The notes: a model not told the origin generated them from the letters alone. DNA of 64,000 nucleotides from Octopus vulgaris (GCA_951406725.2 OX597839.1:17608001-17672000); one strand, 5' to 3'; positions 13,791-27,927 are shown, counted from the stretch's first letter. Numbers and translations are program-made.

Positions 13791-14715
13791 ACACACTCAC
13801 ACACATGTATGTCCGTAAATGATGATCATCATGATTGTTGGTCATGCATTTCCATGCTTGCATGGATCAGATGAATTTTTATTATGTCAGAATATTTTAA
13901 GGTAAGATATCTTTCCAAACACCAACTCCCTTCACCTCTTTCCATACAAGGTAATAATTCACCAGTCTGTCAAACAACGAGCACCCCAGATGCACTAATG
14001 CAGTTAATTGCCAACACATGACCCTGTTTATAGCTTGGTTGACATTCAAGGTGTATGGCCTAGTGGTTCGGGTGTTGCACTCACGATCACAAGATCACGG
14101 TTTCAGTTACCACTCCAGGTGGTGCACTGTGTTCTTAAGCAAAACACTTCATTTCTCATTGCTGCAAGTCCAGTCAGCTGTAAATAAATAACTCAGTGGC
14201 AGACTGGTATCCCACTCAAGGGGAATGTTGTGGTTTCGGTCAATTATACCCTATGGAAATTAAGCAATTGGCCTATGAGTATCAGGACTTGAGAGAGTAA
14301 TGTCTAGGGGCTGTTGTTGTCGTTGATGATGATGATGAAGACCAAGAAGAAGGAGAAGTCATATTACTACCTTTAGTTTGGATGCTTGCAGTCTGTTATT
14401 ATAATCATCCTCATCTTTATCTTTATGTCCACTTTTTCGTACTTTCATGGGTCAATTGAAACTCTTTGCGGTAGATTTTTCTGTGACAGGATGTTTTACC
14501 TCTAGCCAGTCCTAACCTGTTCCCAAGCAAGATAATGTTCCTCTAGTCTTTCAAACATGAACAGCTTAACAGTTGGACATGTTTTGACGGAAGATTGCAG
14601 AGAAATAGTAATGCGTTTTGTTTTTGTTTTGTTTTTGTATGAACAGGAAATTTGATTACAAACAGCTCACACATATCAAGACAAGGAGACCAGAACTTAG
14701 TCAGAAAATCATGCA

Positions 14716-14800
<85 letters not shown>

Positions 14801-14810
<10 letters not shown>

Positions 14811-15074
14811 CAATAGTATTAAGGAATGACCCTGACAGGCCGTTCAACTCACTTGAAAGAGCAGCTAAACTCAGACCGCAAAATAGTAGTAATTCTGAAA
14901 CTAAAGGAGAAATAAAAACATTTATCCCCTAGGATAACTATCCTAGGGGATAAATGTTTTTATTTCTCCTTTAGTTTCAGAATTACTACTATTTTGCGGT
15001 CTGAGTTTAGCTGCTCTTTCAAGTGAGTTGAACGGCCTGTCAGGGTCATTCCTTAATACTATTGTTGAATATAT
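14801..15074. repeat. Perfect palindrome (136-bp arms, 2-nt spacer) within a (TA)n-flanked insert extending to about 15170
   Basis: 14801-14936 is the reverse complement of 14939-15074 (centre cccctaggata-ac-tatcctagggg). I found no mismatch by eye. Confidence 0.96.
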
Positions 15075-15369
15075 TATATAGTCTGTGACTATTTCTACTT
15101 TCTCACTTGACCGCTGGTTGCAGAAAATTTTGAATTTTTCTTGAATTTTTTTTGCTACCCTTATATTGATTATATATATATATATATATATATATATAGG
15201 TGTGTGTGCATATATGGGTACAGGACGTCACTAACATTAAACAGCATGAAGTACAAAAACAAATGAGTTAAATATGCAAAAAATGAGAGAAAAAATGGAA
15301 TTTAGAATTAAGTTAATGATTTATTATTTTGGTTCTCACTTGAAGTGTAAGCTTATTTGATTATCAAAA

Positions 15370-15530
15370 GCAGACATAGCTGTGTGGTTAAGAGGTCTGC
15401 TTTCCAACCAACTGGTTCTAGGTTCAGTTCCACTGCATGGCACACTGGGCAAGTGTCTTCTACTATAGCTTTAGGCTAATGAAAACCTTGTGAGTGGATT
15501 TGGTGGATGGAAACTAAAAGAAGCTCAAGA
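15370..15530 (+). mobile_element. SINE family A 5' half
   Basis: gctgtgtggttaag...ggttcagttccactgcatggcac...ccttgtgagtggatttgg. Further decayed copies lie near 10625, 17292, 19190, 23560, 26895, 27575, 36300, 39950, 50085, 57150 and 61145. Confidence 0.8.
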
Positions 15531-16270
15531 TATATGTGTGTGTGGCTGTATGTTTATGTGTGTGTAGTAAGTTGGTGTGTCCTTGTCTTAACATCATGTA
15601 TCTATGCAAGCATCTATCCATGAGAAACATTACCTAACATAGAAACAGGTGAGGATTGGTGATAGAAAGGGCATCAGGTTGTAGAAAAACCTCCTCAACA
15701 AATTCTGCCAAAGCCATGAGAACATGGAAAAGTAGACATTAAAATAAGGTTTCATTTGCTCACTATTTCAAGTATGTTAGCATGCAACACACCTAGCTAT
15801 TTGTTTGTCACGCTGAGAACATTCTTTGGTCATTTCTCTCATATCTATCTACCTGTGTTGTTTTGGCAACAGAATCATCCCATTGAAATGTTTACATTGT
15901 GTTGGGTCCATAACATATCTGATTCCACTTTCTTAAGCTTTAGAAAAGATTTAGATTATATTGTTGGTGGTGGTATTGGGGTATTTATATTTTATTTATT
16001 TATTTGAGGCCAATTAAAGTTATACAACATACATTACTTTAAATACAAGTTTAGCTGTAAGGCGTAAAAATATAAGTTTAGATCTAATTTTTAAATAAAA
16101 ATTTAGCTGTAAGGTTTAACTAGAAAATTTTGCTGTAAGGGTTATTTTTTTATATTTTTTACTATATTTTCCTTCCAGAAGACATTCTTCAATTCAGTTT
16201 TAAAAAAACCCAGCTAAAAAACAAAAATAACTTTGAGTTTATTTGTTTCTATTGTTTTACTTTTTATAGT

Positions 16271-16320
<50 letters not shown>

Positions 16321-17490
16321 GTGTGTGTATGTGTGTGTGTATATATATATATATATATACATACATGTATGTTTGTGTATATGCATATATATGGGTATAT
16401 ATGTATATGTGTCTATTGTTTCGTCTATTCCATTGTATTTAATTTTTCAGTAAGTTTGTCTCTTATATATATATACATATATAGATATAGATACACACAC
16501 ACACACATACATATATATACCTTTAAATGATGAATCTTTGAAGTGACACCAAGCAAGATTTTGAGACCATTTTTTTCTTTTTTCTTTTATTTATTTATGT
16601 GTTTATTTATTTTGGTCTCAAGGTAATTCAGAAAGTCTGAATAGATGAATTTAGAAGATCCTAATGAGACGGATGTCATATTTTCAGACGTTTATTTCTT
16701 TACACTCTGAGTAAATGTTACCATAGTTTTTGACAGAACAAATATCTATAATGAAAATCTATTGCAGGAGATAAGTTCTAATGTGTTAGTGCAAAAAAAC
16801 AACAAAAAATGAAGTTTAGAAAAAGGAAAAAAATGAAGTCAAGAAACAACAAACAGTTGTGTGTGTGAATTTTCATTGTAAATATTCATGGAAAATATCT
16901 TAGAAAAAGATGAATACAAATGATTTTTAGATAGATAAAATAGAGAAAACAAACAACAAAAACTAATAATAATTTATAAAATAATATAAACCCCTCTAAG
17001 GTAATAACCATATACAAAAATAATAAAAATTATAAAAACAACAAATTGAATGGAAAACTAAATTGTTTAAAAAAAAATCTTTTTTTCCTGTAGGACACAA
17101 GACATTGTAGATGGAATAAAGAACGAAACTTTCTGCAGGGTTTCTTAAATGTTCCAGCTAATGCCAAACACACACTACACACACACACACACACAAATGC
17201 ATATTTATATACAAACTCATGCACATATACACATATTCACATATATGTGCATTTTATACACACACACATGCATACATACATATATCAAGTGCTGGCATGG
17301 CTGTGTAGTTAAGAAGTTCACTTCCTGGCCATATGGTTTCTGGTTCAGTTCCACTATATGGCACCTCAGGCAAGTGTCTTTTGCTATAACCTCAAGCCAG
17401 CCAACACCTTGTGAATGAATTTACTAAATAGAAACTATACGAATCCCTCTGTAAGTACACACACACGTGTGTGTATGTATATATATATAT

Positions 17491-17751
17491 TGGAAGTCAC
17501 TTGATCCTGTTATCTCCCCTACTGTCCCTCTCGTGTCTGACCACTGTCCGAAGTCAGGACGCCATGATAGATTGTTAGCTCCTACACGCATTTTTTTCTC
17601 TCTTTGTTTTTTTCTGTGTATTTTCTGTCGAAGAGCATAGGCTCGAAACATAAAAGACTTTTTCTATTTCTATTCCTGAGTGCTATACTAATACATTTGT
17701 TTGTTTGTACTACACTTGCCTTCGTCTTTTGTTTATTTTCGTAAACTTTCC

Positions 17752-17755
<4 letters not shown>
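17491..17755 (+). mobile_element. (TA)n-flanked insert with a hammerhead-like motif (probable Penelope-like terminal fragment)
   Basis: Same family as 38427-38630 in the opposite orientation. It contains ctgtcga-a-gagc-atag-gctc-gaaac at about 17625-17649. Confidence 0.6.
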
Positions 17756-17795
<40 letters not shown>

Positions 17796-18240
17796 CGCAT
17801 ATATATATATAATATATATATGTAGTATTTACTTACATATATATGTATATACATATGCATAGATGGGTACAGGACATCATAGAATGTAAACATGAAATAC
17901 GAAAACATGGAATATGAACTTTTTTTACAAACAATGACAGAAACAATTGGAAAACAAGACAAGCAACATAAAGAACGAGCCTTCATCATTTGTATCCTAT
18001 ATCAACACTCTTGTAAATACCAGCTGATAGAATATATGCAAGTGGACAGTCATCTTTACAGGAAACCATTCATACAAGCTGAAATTCCAGGGCTAATTTC
18101 TCAGTCACAAACTATAATACAGTAAATCCAAGAAAAGAAGTCACAGTATTACATTTATTCCTTAATTACAGTTGTTTCAGAAATACATAGTTCAGATACA
18201 TTTTGAAATATAAATTATTGTGTAATATATTTTCTACTAT

Positions 18241-18565
18241 AGGCACATGGCCCAGTGGGTAGAGTGTCAGGTTCACAATCATGAGGTAGTAAGTTCAGTT
18301 CCTGGACCAGGCTCTGTGTTGCGTTCTTCAATGAGACACTTAATTTCATGTTGCTCCAATTCACTCAGATGTAGAAGGGAGTTGTGATATCACTGGTGCC
18401 AAGCTGTGTCATCCTTTGCCTTTCCCTTGGATAACATCAGTGGCATGGAGAGGCTGGTAGGCATGGGTGACTGCTGGTCTTCCATAAACAACCTTGCCTG
18501 GATATGTGCCTTGGAAGGTAACTTTCTAGGTGCAATACCATGGTCATTCATGACTGAAGGGGTTT
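18241..18565 (+). mobile_element. SINE family B (tRNA-derived head)
   Basis: ggcacatggcccagtggg (A box) ... gttcagttcc (B box); the body is colinear with 54352-54681 and 35093-35860. Confidence 0.88.
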
Positions 18566-19698
18566 TTTTACTCTTTACTATAGGCACAAGGCTTGAAATT
18601 TTGAGGGAGGGGTCAAGTCAATTACATCAAGCCCAGTGCTTAACTGGTACTTATTTCATGGACCCCAAAAGGATGGAAGGCAAAGTCGACCTCAATGGGA
18701 TTTGAGCTCAGAATGTGAAAAACTGAAGAAATGCTGTTAAGTATTTTGTCTAACAGTTCTGCCAGCTAACCACCTTGTTATTGTGTAAGATGTATATGTG
18801 ATCTATGTTCATTTCATCAAGCAATGGTATAAAATGTTATATGTATATGTTTGTAGTAGTATATGCATGTATGTATATGTGTATGATATACAACTGAGGG
18901 AATGGGCACACTCTGCTTCTCACAAAAAGGACAGATCTGTGCATGGTGAAGTTGTTGACAATTTCCTGCTCTGTTCTGTTGAAGATGTATGGAATGGGTA
19001 CTAACTTATTTGAAAAACAAACAAAGGTTAACTGCAAGAATGGCATCTGACTATAAAAACAATGCCCCAATGATAATATGTATTCATTGAACTGATGTCA
19101 CTATGGGGAAATGAGCATATTTGAACAAATGAACGATGGTTTTAGAATTTTTCCAGTGAAAGGAAATACTTAAATTTTTTTCATATATGTAGGTGCAAGT
19201 ATGGCTGTGTGGTAACAAGTATGCTGCCCAAAGACAAGGTCTCATGTTCAGTCCCACTGCGTTGCATCTAGGTCAAATGTCTTCTACTATAGCCCCAAAC
19301 CAGCCACAACCTTCTGAGAGGATTTGGTCAACAGAAATTGAAAGAAGCCCATCACACACATATGTCTGTGTGTCTGCATTTGTATTTGTTCCTACATTGC
19401 TTGACATCAGTGTTGGTCTGTTTACAGCCTCATAACTTAGCAGTTCAACAAAACTAATCCAATAGAATAAGTACCAGAATAAAAAAAAAAAAATACTGGT
19501 GTTAATTTGTTTGATTAAAACCCTTCAAGGCAGTGCCCCCACTTGGCCTCATTCCAGTGACTGAAAGTAAAAAAAAGATAAAATATATTTGCCTAGAACT
19601 TGAGTATCACTTTCTGTGGAACTGCTAAACTGAGCAGCTACGTTTTCTTATGCGGAGAAAAGTTGGCTCACTTGAAGGTTATGGGATTTCATTTAAAA

Positions 19699-19762
19699 GG
19701 GCGTGAGGTCATGTGACATATTTAAACTGCTGTCTGTGTACTGTGTTTTTTCTGATATCAGT
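19699..19762 (+). promoter_or_regulatory. Possible core-promoter cluster: GGGCGTG, GTCATGTGAC (M-box/CLEAR-like E-box), TATTTAAA, TCAGT
   Basis: The motifs are adjacent (19699-19705, 19708-19717, 19719-19726, 19758-19762) in apparently unique sequence. This is motif evidence only, and the TATA-to-Inr spacing is longer than canonical. Confidence 0.25.
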
Positions 19763-20574
19763 GTGAAGAGGCCATGCAATCAGAAAGGATTGGCGCCACT
19801 AACAAGTCAAAGAGTTCATCTGATAAGTAAAAAATTGTTCTGAGACAAAAATTAAAGTTGAGAAATTTGACAGGAGCTTACTGATATATTTTCATGCATG
19901 TGTGTGTGTACATGCATGTGTGTGTTTATGTGAACATTGAGTGGTGACAATGGCATACATCTGGATACACAGACATGCGCATATATATATGTGTGTGCAT
20001 ACACACACATGTACAAAAAATTCTCAGTAGTATAGGGAATGAATTAAAGAAAGTAAAAAAATAAACGATTATAAAATAAAGATCAGTTAGTGAAACTGAA
20101 ATCCTGTTTTCTTGAATTTTCATACCAAAAAATGAATATGTAAGTCTATTGCTTTCATCCCATTGGGAGTGTTCAAGCCATTGCAATTTTTTTTTTTCTG
20201 CTTGGCTATATTATTGTTTATGTTGCTTGAACCAGAGTCGTTTAGTCGTGAAAAATATTTTTCATAAAATCATCTCTTAAGCATTTGTTGAAAAGAATAA
20301 GAATAACAAATTTGCTGTTGCTGAGAATTCCTAACCATTCACTTAAGAGTTGTTCACCTCAGTTCCACATGACATGCTTGCTGTTTGTGTTCTCAGTCAT
20401 TCACATAGGGAATTCCTGATTTGGCTGATGTAATTTTCTCTCTAAGTGGAACAGATTATACAGCATATTAGGTTTGTAGTTCATGTCTGCGTTTATCTTG
20501 TAAGATCTTGCGTGGTTCCTAGATACTCCTCGGCTGCTACATTCTGTGCTACTGTCTGCATTGCAACCTTCCAG

Positions 20575-20738
20575 GATGGCTAAGGTGCCCCAAGTGTTGA
20601 AACCAGGCCAGTCTAAGATGTCAATTGACAGTAGAGTAAATTATGCCTTCTGGAATTTACTTCCATTCCTACTTTATCAAATCCAGTTGGAAGTCTTCTC
20701 AGCTGCTTCTGCCGTTGCCTTAAGAGCTCTGGTTCTGT
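20575..20738 (+). CDS. Candidate exon of unknown function (MAKVPQVLKPGQSKMSIDSRVNYAFWNLLPFLLYQIQLEVFSAASAVALRALVL)
   Basis: Acceptor-like ccttccag at 20567-20574, ATG at 20576 in a good context (aggATGg), a 54-codon open frame and donor gtgagt at 20739. I recognise no homology. Confidence 0.25.
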
Positions 20739-20752
20739 GTGAGTGAATGTAT

Positions 20753-20797
<45 letters not shown>

Positions 20798-21167
20798 TGT
20801 GTGTGTGTGTGTGTGCAAAACAACTTGCAAGTTTGAGGCCAATTTTTAAAGCTATAGTGATCATCTTAAAATACTGGACTATAACAATATTTTTAAAATC
20901 AAGAATACTGTTTATCAATTCCATTTTTTAAACATTTTTTTCATTAAAACTTCGAGAAAATTCAATTTAAATCTACAGTATTTACAGCTTATTAAACATA
21001 CTTTTAATAGCTGGTCTTTTTTATCTTAAATGTTTACGTAGATTATATAGAAAGCAAACTTAAACACATCAGCTCTTCTTCCACTAAACCTAAGTAATCA
21101 TTTACTTTTCTGTTTCATTCTGTCCCAGTTTCTGTAAAAGTTCTTATTGCATTTATTATTATTATCA

Positions 21168-21223
<56 letters not shown>

Positions 21224-22371
21224 TTATGGGGTTTTTTTAATGCTAATTTAATCTAAATCTTATATATTAATGTTATGGATTTATCTAATATGATTCTGCC
21301 TCCAGTTATCATATTTATTGATATTTTGCATTTAGCCAACATCTTACTCCAAAACTAAATTAGATATTTGTTCTGGAAGTTTATTTTAAAATTGTTTTCA
21401 TTTTAATTGTAGTGATCAGTTGGCTAATTACAAATCTCTATTGCTTAAAGTTTTTCTGTATATGATTTTTTTCCCCAGTTTTAAGTAAATTACAAATAGT
21501 GATAAAATTCCATTAACCCTTGCAAGTACAAAACGTGATGAAGAAGTCATACTATTTTATGTTGCTTGAAAACCATACATAACCTTAAAAAACATAGTGT
21601 TTTGTAATACAGTTCCTTTTGTTATTGTTGTATCTTAGATCTGTCCTGATCAAGTAAACGTATGATAAACATACTTTCCAGGCATGACCATCCTATCCTG
21701 TCTTTTATTCATACTTATTTTACCTAGAACTACATTACCTAACGTGTCTTTTTTTTTAAAAGGGAGGATGTGATTTGAAGGAGTTTGGGATACTATTTCT
21801 TGGAAAGTGATAGGCTGTGTAGAATTTCTGTCATTGGCTCATGTGTACATTGTTGTTCAACCCAAGGTCAACTCTCATCAAGCAGAGCTTTGATCAGAAG
21901 GCATTTCTGCTTTGGTCATCATTTATTTACAGAGTGTATCTAGAGCTTCATTTTCCACAGTGTTTCTCATTTTTTTAAGGATCTAATCATATTTAGCTTC
22001 TATTTCTTGCAAGAGAAGCAATGATAAGGCAAGACCTGAGAAACTACTTAAACTGTATCATACATTAGAATGAAAGCCACAAGTTTATAGCAGAACTTGC
22101 ACATTTATCAAGTGCAGTGACTACAAAAAATAAACCTGACAAAACTTGTGAATGAAAATATAGAATTGTTTAAGGAGAATCAACACGACTGTAAAACTTT
22201 GCATATAATATATGTGTTTTTTTCACCAAAATCTCGTTTGTCAGTAAATAGTAAATGTGCTTTCTATAGTTAAAGAGTTCTTTGACTCTTATTTCTAACA
22301 ATGCAGGTGCTCTCTCTATTATAAACAGTGAATTATATATATATATATGTATATACACACACTCACACATA

Positions 22372-22413
<42 letters not shown>

Positions 22414-22417
<4 letters not shown>

Positions 22418-22555
22418 GTTAGGAAGGGCATCCAGCCGTAGAAACACTGCCAGATCAGACTGGGCCTGGTGCAGCCTTCTGGCTTCCCAAACCCCAGTTG
22501 AACCGTCCAACCCATGCCAGCATGGAAAGCAGATGCTAAACGATGATGATGATGA
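22414..22555 (+). mobile_element. RTE LINE extreme 3' end inserted in (TA)n
   Basis: ggcgttaggaagggcatccagccgtagaaac...gatgatgat, as at 5510-5657. Confidence 0.88.
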
Positions 22556-22828
22556 TATATATATATATATGTATGTGTGTATATATATATATATATATAT
22601 GGTATCAGCATTTTAATGTTTCAAAGCTTGCATAGGTTGGACAGAGTTTTGTTAGTGGATTATTTTTATAACAGGGTGCCCTTCCTGTTGCCAACCTCCA
22701 CCTGTTTCCGGGTAAGGCAGTATTTTCCAATGATCAGACATGTCTTCACAGAACACTTCGTCCATGATGACGACACTCATTTACAACTATCACACAATGT
22801 CAAGGTAAGAAGACAGTGATGCACACAG

Positions 22829-22870
<42 letters not shown>

Positions 22871-23155
22871 GGAGGTGCAATGGCCTAGTGGTTAGGGCAG
22901 CGGACTCGTGGTTTTGATTCCCAGACCGGGCGTTGTGAGTGTTTATTGAGCGAAAACACCTAAAGCTCCACGTGGCTCCGGAAGGGGGTGGTGGCGATCC
23001 CTGCTGTACTCTTTCGCCACAACTTTCTCTCACTCTTTCTTCTGTTAGCCTGCTGGCTTAGCCAGCGGGGTGGCATCATTTGAAGGCTAAAACAATGCGA
23101 AGCGCATTGTGACCAGCAATGTATAGTAATATCTGATAGCCTGGTCAGTCACGAT
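22871..23155 (+). mobile_element. SINE family D (tRNA-derived head), 3' module type 1
   Basis: ggaggtgcaatggcctagtggttagggcagcggactcg head. The first ~170 bp match 48553-48725, and the 3' part matches about 40175-40283. Confidence 0.85.
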
Positions 23156-23168
23156 AATGATATATATA

Positions 23169-23533
23169 TCTCTCTCTATATAAACGGCAGTTTGTCTGTC
23201 TGTGTGTCTGTCAGGTTGTACCCTCACCCTGACCACGGCTTTCAACCAATTCTGATGAAACTTGAAACACACATAGCCCAATGTCATAATTCAAAACTAA
23301 TGCAGCGAAAATTTTGAAAAGTTCCCCCAGTTCTGAAAAAAATCGATAAATTCGACATGGGGTTGAGAATCAGAAACACAAACCACAGACTGTCTAGGGG
23401 ACGCAACTTGACCTTTTTAACTCTCAAAAAAAATTTACCATAATTTTTTTTACATTTTTTGGCTATAACTCTCTAAAATTGCTTTATAGTTATTTCCCTT
23501 ACAAACCTGAGCAACGCCGGGCGATACTGCTAG
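23169..23533 (+). mobile_element. Non-autonomous Helitron
   Basis: Starts TC (tctctctctatataaa) followed by gtctgtctgt. Ends with a GC-rich hairpin-like stretch (cctgagcaacgccggg) shortly before CTAG. It sits between host A (23168) and T (23534) with no TSD. Confidence 0.8.
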
Positions 23534-23674
23534 TATATAATAAATGTATATATATGACAGGTATCTTTCAGTTTGTGTTTACCAAATCCACTCACAAGGC
23601 ATTGGCCAACATGGAATTGAACCTGGAACCATGTATTTGGGAAGCTTACTTCTTACCACACAGCCATGTTATAC

Positions 23675-23718
<44 letters not shown>

Positions 23719-24640
23719 GTAAAATAATATGTGACAATTATTCAATAGCCAAGGTAAAACTCTGAGTTTCGGATGCCGAGGTGGAAATCCACAACACCAT
23801 CTCTTTGGTTATCCTTTGTTATCTTACCGTTTTTACCAATATATATATTGCATATATTATATAGTTTATACATGTGTGGTGTGCATGTGAAACATACATG
23901 CATATATGTATGTATGTTTTTATATAACACACACACAAATGCACATACACACAGGAAAGTCTTCTGAAATATTTTAAGGTTTCTCAAGCATTTGTAGCAG
24001 CTATCATATGTAGGATTGGCTGTAATAACATTGGAACAGGGAGAGAGAGAAGAGAAGAGAAGAGACACATCAAAGTAGTCACTTTAATATTACCTACTGA
24101 TAGCCTCTGTTGGTAATTAGTCAGCGTAATCAGATTTGATCTGGAATAAATTCATTTGTAATGATGTAGTGGAAAAAATATAATGCTTCAAGCAGAAACC
24201 CTTGCATGGTGAGTAATGCCATCTGATGAACGAGAAGGGTTCTTTTCTTCCTCATAGCCAAACCAATTTATTGGACTCTTCAGATTCTTCAGTTACTGTA
24301 ACAGTTGTGTCATTTGCACCAAGTCACTTGTCCTTAGGTGCTATTTCAATAATAGCTAGATTATCATCCTTCTATGCAGAGAAAGAGAGAGAGGAACGGA
24401 GGCAGGTAGGTAGATATAGGTATATATAGATGTATATGTGTACACAAACACGCACGCGTGCGCACACACAGACACATACATATATACATACATATAGACA
24501 TCAAACATTTCAATGTAAACTGAAGTTTTCCTGAAGTGCTTTATTTACACCTGGGAATCCTTATAGAATACTCTCTTTACCTGTTTATCTCTTCCCACTA
24601 CTCACACTATACTTCACACACTCTCTTTCTCTCTCACTCA

Positions 24641-24680
<40 letters not shown>

Positions 24681-25185
24681 ACAATATTGTAAAACTACCC
24701 ACTTGTTCAATAATTCTCCTGTGTTGTCAACTCCCATCAGAATCCATTGATGTCTAGTCTATATTTTCTTGAACATTAAAATATTCAACATAAATAGCAA
24801 AGAAATAATCAAATGCAACATCATTTAGTTGTTATTGTCAGGTAATTCCCCCTGCTCAACCCTTGCCTCTCAGATGATCTTTTCACTTGTAAACATGTTA
24901 GCTAGCTACCCAGTTGATTAAAGTTGGCAAGTGGGAGCAGCTATTCTATGTTAAGCAGTGTGTTTAAGGGTGTTTGCTTTGAAATCACATGATTTGGGGC
25001 TCAGCCCTACTGATAGGGGATCTTAGTCAAGTGTCTTCTACTGTATAACCAGAGATTAACTAAAGCCTTGTCATTAAAATTGTGCGTGTATGTGTGTGTG
25101 TCTTTGTGGTCTTGCATGTGTATTTGTTTTATTAAGCTCTTATTAATAAATATTTTCATACTAAAATAAATATATTTATTTGAAC

Positions 25186-25245
25186 GGCGGTGCCCCAGCA
25201 TGGCCACAGCTCATGAGCTGAAACTAGATAAAATAAAATATAAAA
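25186..25245 (+). mobile_element. Orphan 3' terminus of a CR1-type LINE/SINE with A-rich tail
   Basis: ggcggtgccccagcatggccacagctcatgagctgaaac resembles the LINE end at 47400-47436 and the SINE A tail. Confidence 0.65.
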
Positions 25246-26561
25246 TATATACTCTAGTATACTGAATTCTATTTATCCTGTTTGTACACTAAGACTGTCA
25301 AACCACCCATATATACACACATTTATAGATATATACACATACACACACACACATACACATACATATGAGAGAGAGAAATTGATTGATAGAGTGTCATTGT
25401 AGACGACATAAATCAAAAAATTAGGCACTTGTGACACTCGCTGACCTCCAGTAGCAGAGAGCCATTAGCCATTTTTTCCATACCAGCTACTCTGAAGAGC
25501 ACGGTGATAGGTATTCACCCAATTACTTAATTGAAACTGATTAGTTAGATTGGCTGAAATGGATCTATGTAATACTATCATGAAGGGTATGTTTTTATAT
25601 CAATTTCTCATTTGAACAGTCGTAATGACTTCAGTTGACCAGAGGCTATAGCGGAGGACACTACACTTCCATGGCCCTAGTATCAACCCCAAGACCATAT
25701 CATGAGGCAAAGAAGCCTTGTTAACCACACTATTGAAATAAGATGTGTATCATCTGCCATCATGCATCATCGTAACTTGGTGACAGGATAAATTTCACCT
25801 TTGTGGAATCTATTCATGAATTTAAGGTTGTATTGCTAATGGAAGTTATATTTTCTGACAAAATCACTTCAATTATTAATTGAAAAATATTTAGACAATA
25901 AACGAAAAAGAAAAATATTTTTATTGTTATTATTTGTGACTATTAAGCTAGTATACATACATGCACACACACACATACACACACACACACACACATACAC
26001 ACACACATGAATGTAGCTTATTAAGGTTGAGACTCTCACATCTTATAAAAATAATGCCAGATTTCAGCCAGATAATTTATATTGCCTGATATGCTTATAT
26101 CATTAGTTATTTGATATGATACTTATCACGGTCTCCCACTAATTGGTTAGAAAGATGCTTATAGTGAATCTTCTAACCGAAGTATTGTTTGCTGTCACCA
26201 GCAATTGATTTAATCAGAACATTGAGGTTAGATTTAGCAGCCTCTATCTCTCAATCTTACTGTGCAATGTTGAATTAATTGCTTCTTTCTCGAGTGGACA
26301 GGGCGATAGGGATGGGAGGGTGGGCAGGCTACCTGCAGTTTTAGTTCATTGTGGCCTTAGCTATACATGAAATATTTATATCAGAATATGTCATGAGTAA
26401 ACAAGTACAAACTTGAATGTTATACTTATTTTCAAGAAGCTCCTATTCCTTGACAACATACTCTTTATCTGTATATATATACATGTGTCTGTGTGTGTGT
26501 GTGTGTGTGTGAATATTTGTGTGTGTATATATATATATATACAAATATTCATGAATGTATT

Positions 26562-26597
<36 letters not shown>

Positions 26598-27828
26598 CAT
26601 GATCATATATAGATGTATTTGAGAGTTTGAATGAATGTGTGTGTGTTTATATATATAGAGAGAGATGGAGAGTGAGAGAGAGGGGGAGAGAGATTTATAT
26701 ACATACAGTAATAAATGTGTATTCATGTGTGTGTGTGTGTGTGTGTGTGTATGTATATTTGTGTGTGTGTGCTTGTGCTCATTTCATCAGTTATCAATGA
26801 ATTGATTTGCTAATGCAAAAATCAAATGATGAGGTGAAGCTGCTGCAGTATATTTGATCAAATCAGACTTATATTGATCTCTTATACAAACTCCCAGGCA
26901 TGGCTGTATGCTGAAGAAATTCACTTTGCTAGTACAGAATTTCAGGTTCAAACCCACTTTACTGCACTTTAGGCCAGCATCTACTGACATAGCATTGGGA
27001 CACCCATGTGTTGTGAAGGAAATTCGATATATGGAAACACTGTGGAAACCCACTGGAAGTATTGATCTCATTTTTTGGCTAAGCAAGCAGGCCAACATTT
27101 TCCTGTAATCAAAAGAGGAACTGAAGCAACATGAAATGAAGTGTTTTGCTCAAGAACTCAGCATGCGGCCTGGTCTAGGAATCGAACCCATGATCTCCTG
27201 ATCATGAGTGTTACAGCCTAACCACTAAGCCATGTGCTTTCACAAAAACATGTAAACATAATGAAATACTTTTTGTACCAAAGTCACCATCAGCTTCTTC
27301 GTTTCAACATCCACTTTTCCATGCCTGCATGAGTCAAATGTGAATTGTTGAGGTAAATTTTTTACAGCTGAATGCCCTTCTTGCCACCTGTTTCAAAGCA
27401 AGATGATATTCCTCCAGTCTGTCAAGCAATGCACAACCTGGACATAGATACACAGTTAAATAGAAACAAATGACACCACTTGAAGGAGCCAGTTGTTTAC
27501 ATAGATTGCACAACATGTCAAGACAAGTTGGATTGTACATTGAGATATTAGAATTTTCTTTTTTTCAATCTGGATGCTTCCATGTCTGTGTGGTTAACAA
27601 GCTCAGTATGCAACCATATGATTTTGGGTTCAGTCCCACTGTATGACACCATGGACAAGTACCATCAACTATAGCTGTCGGCCAACCAATGCCTTGTGAG
27701 TGAATCTGGTAGACAGAAACTTTATGGAAAACCACATATATATGTGTGTGTGTATGTATGTATGTGTGTATGTATGTATGTATGTATGTATTTATGTATG
27801 TATGTATGTATGTATGTATGTATGTATG

Positions 27829-27881
<53 letters not shown>

Positions 27882-27888
27882 GTGTGCC

Positions 27889-27906
<18 letters not shown>

Positions 27907-27927
<21 letters not shown>

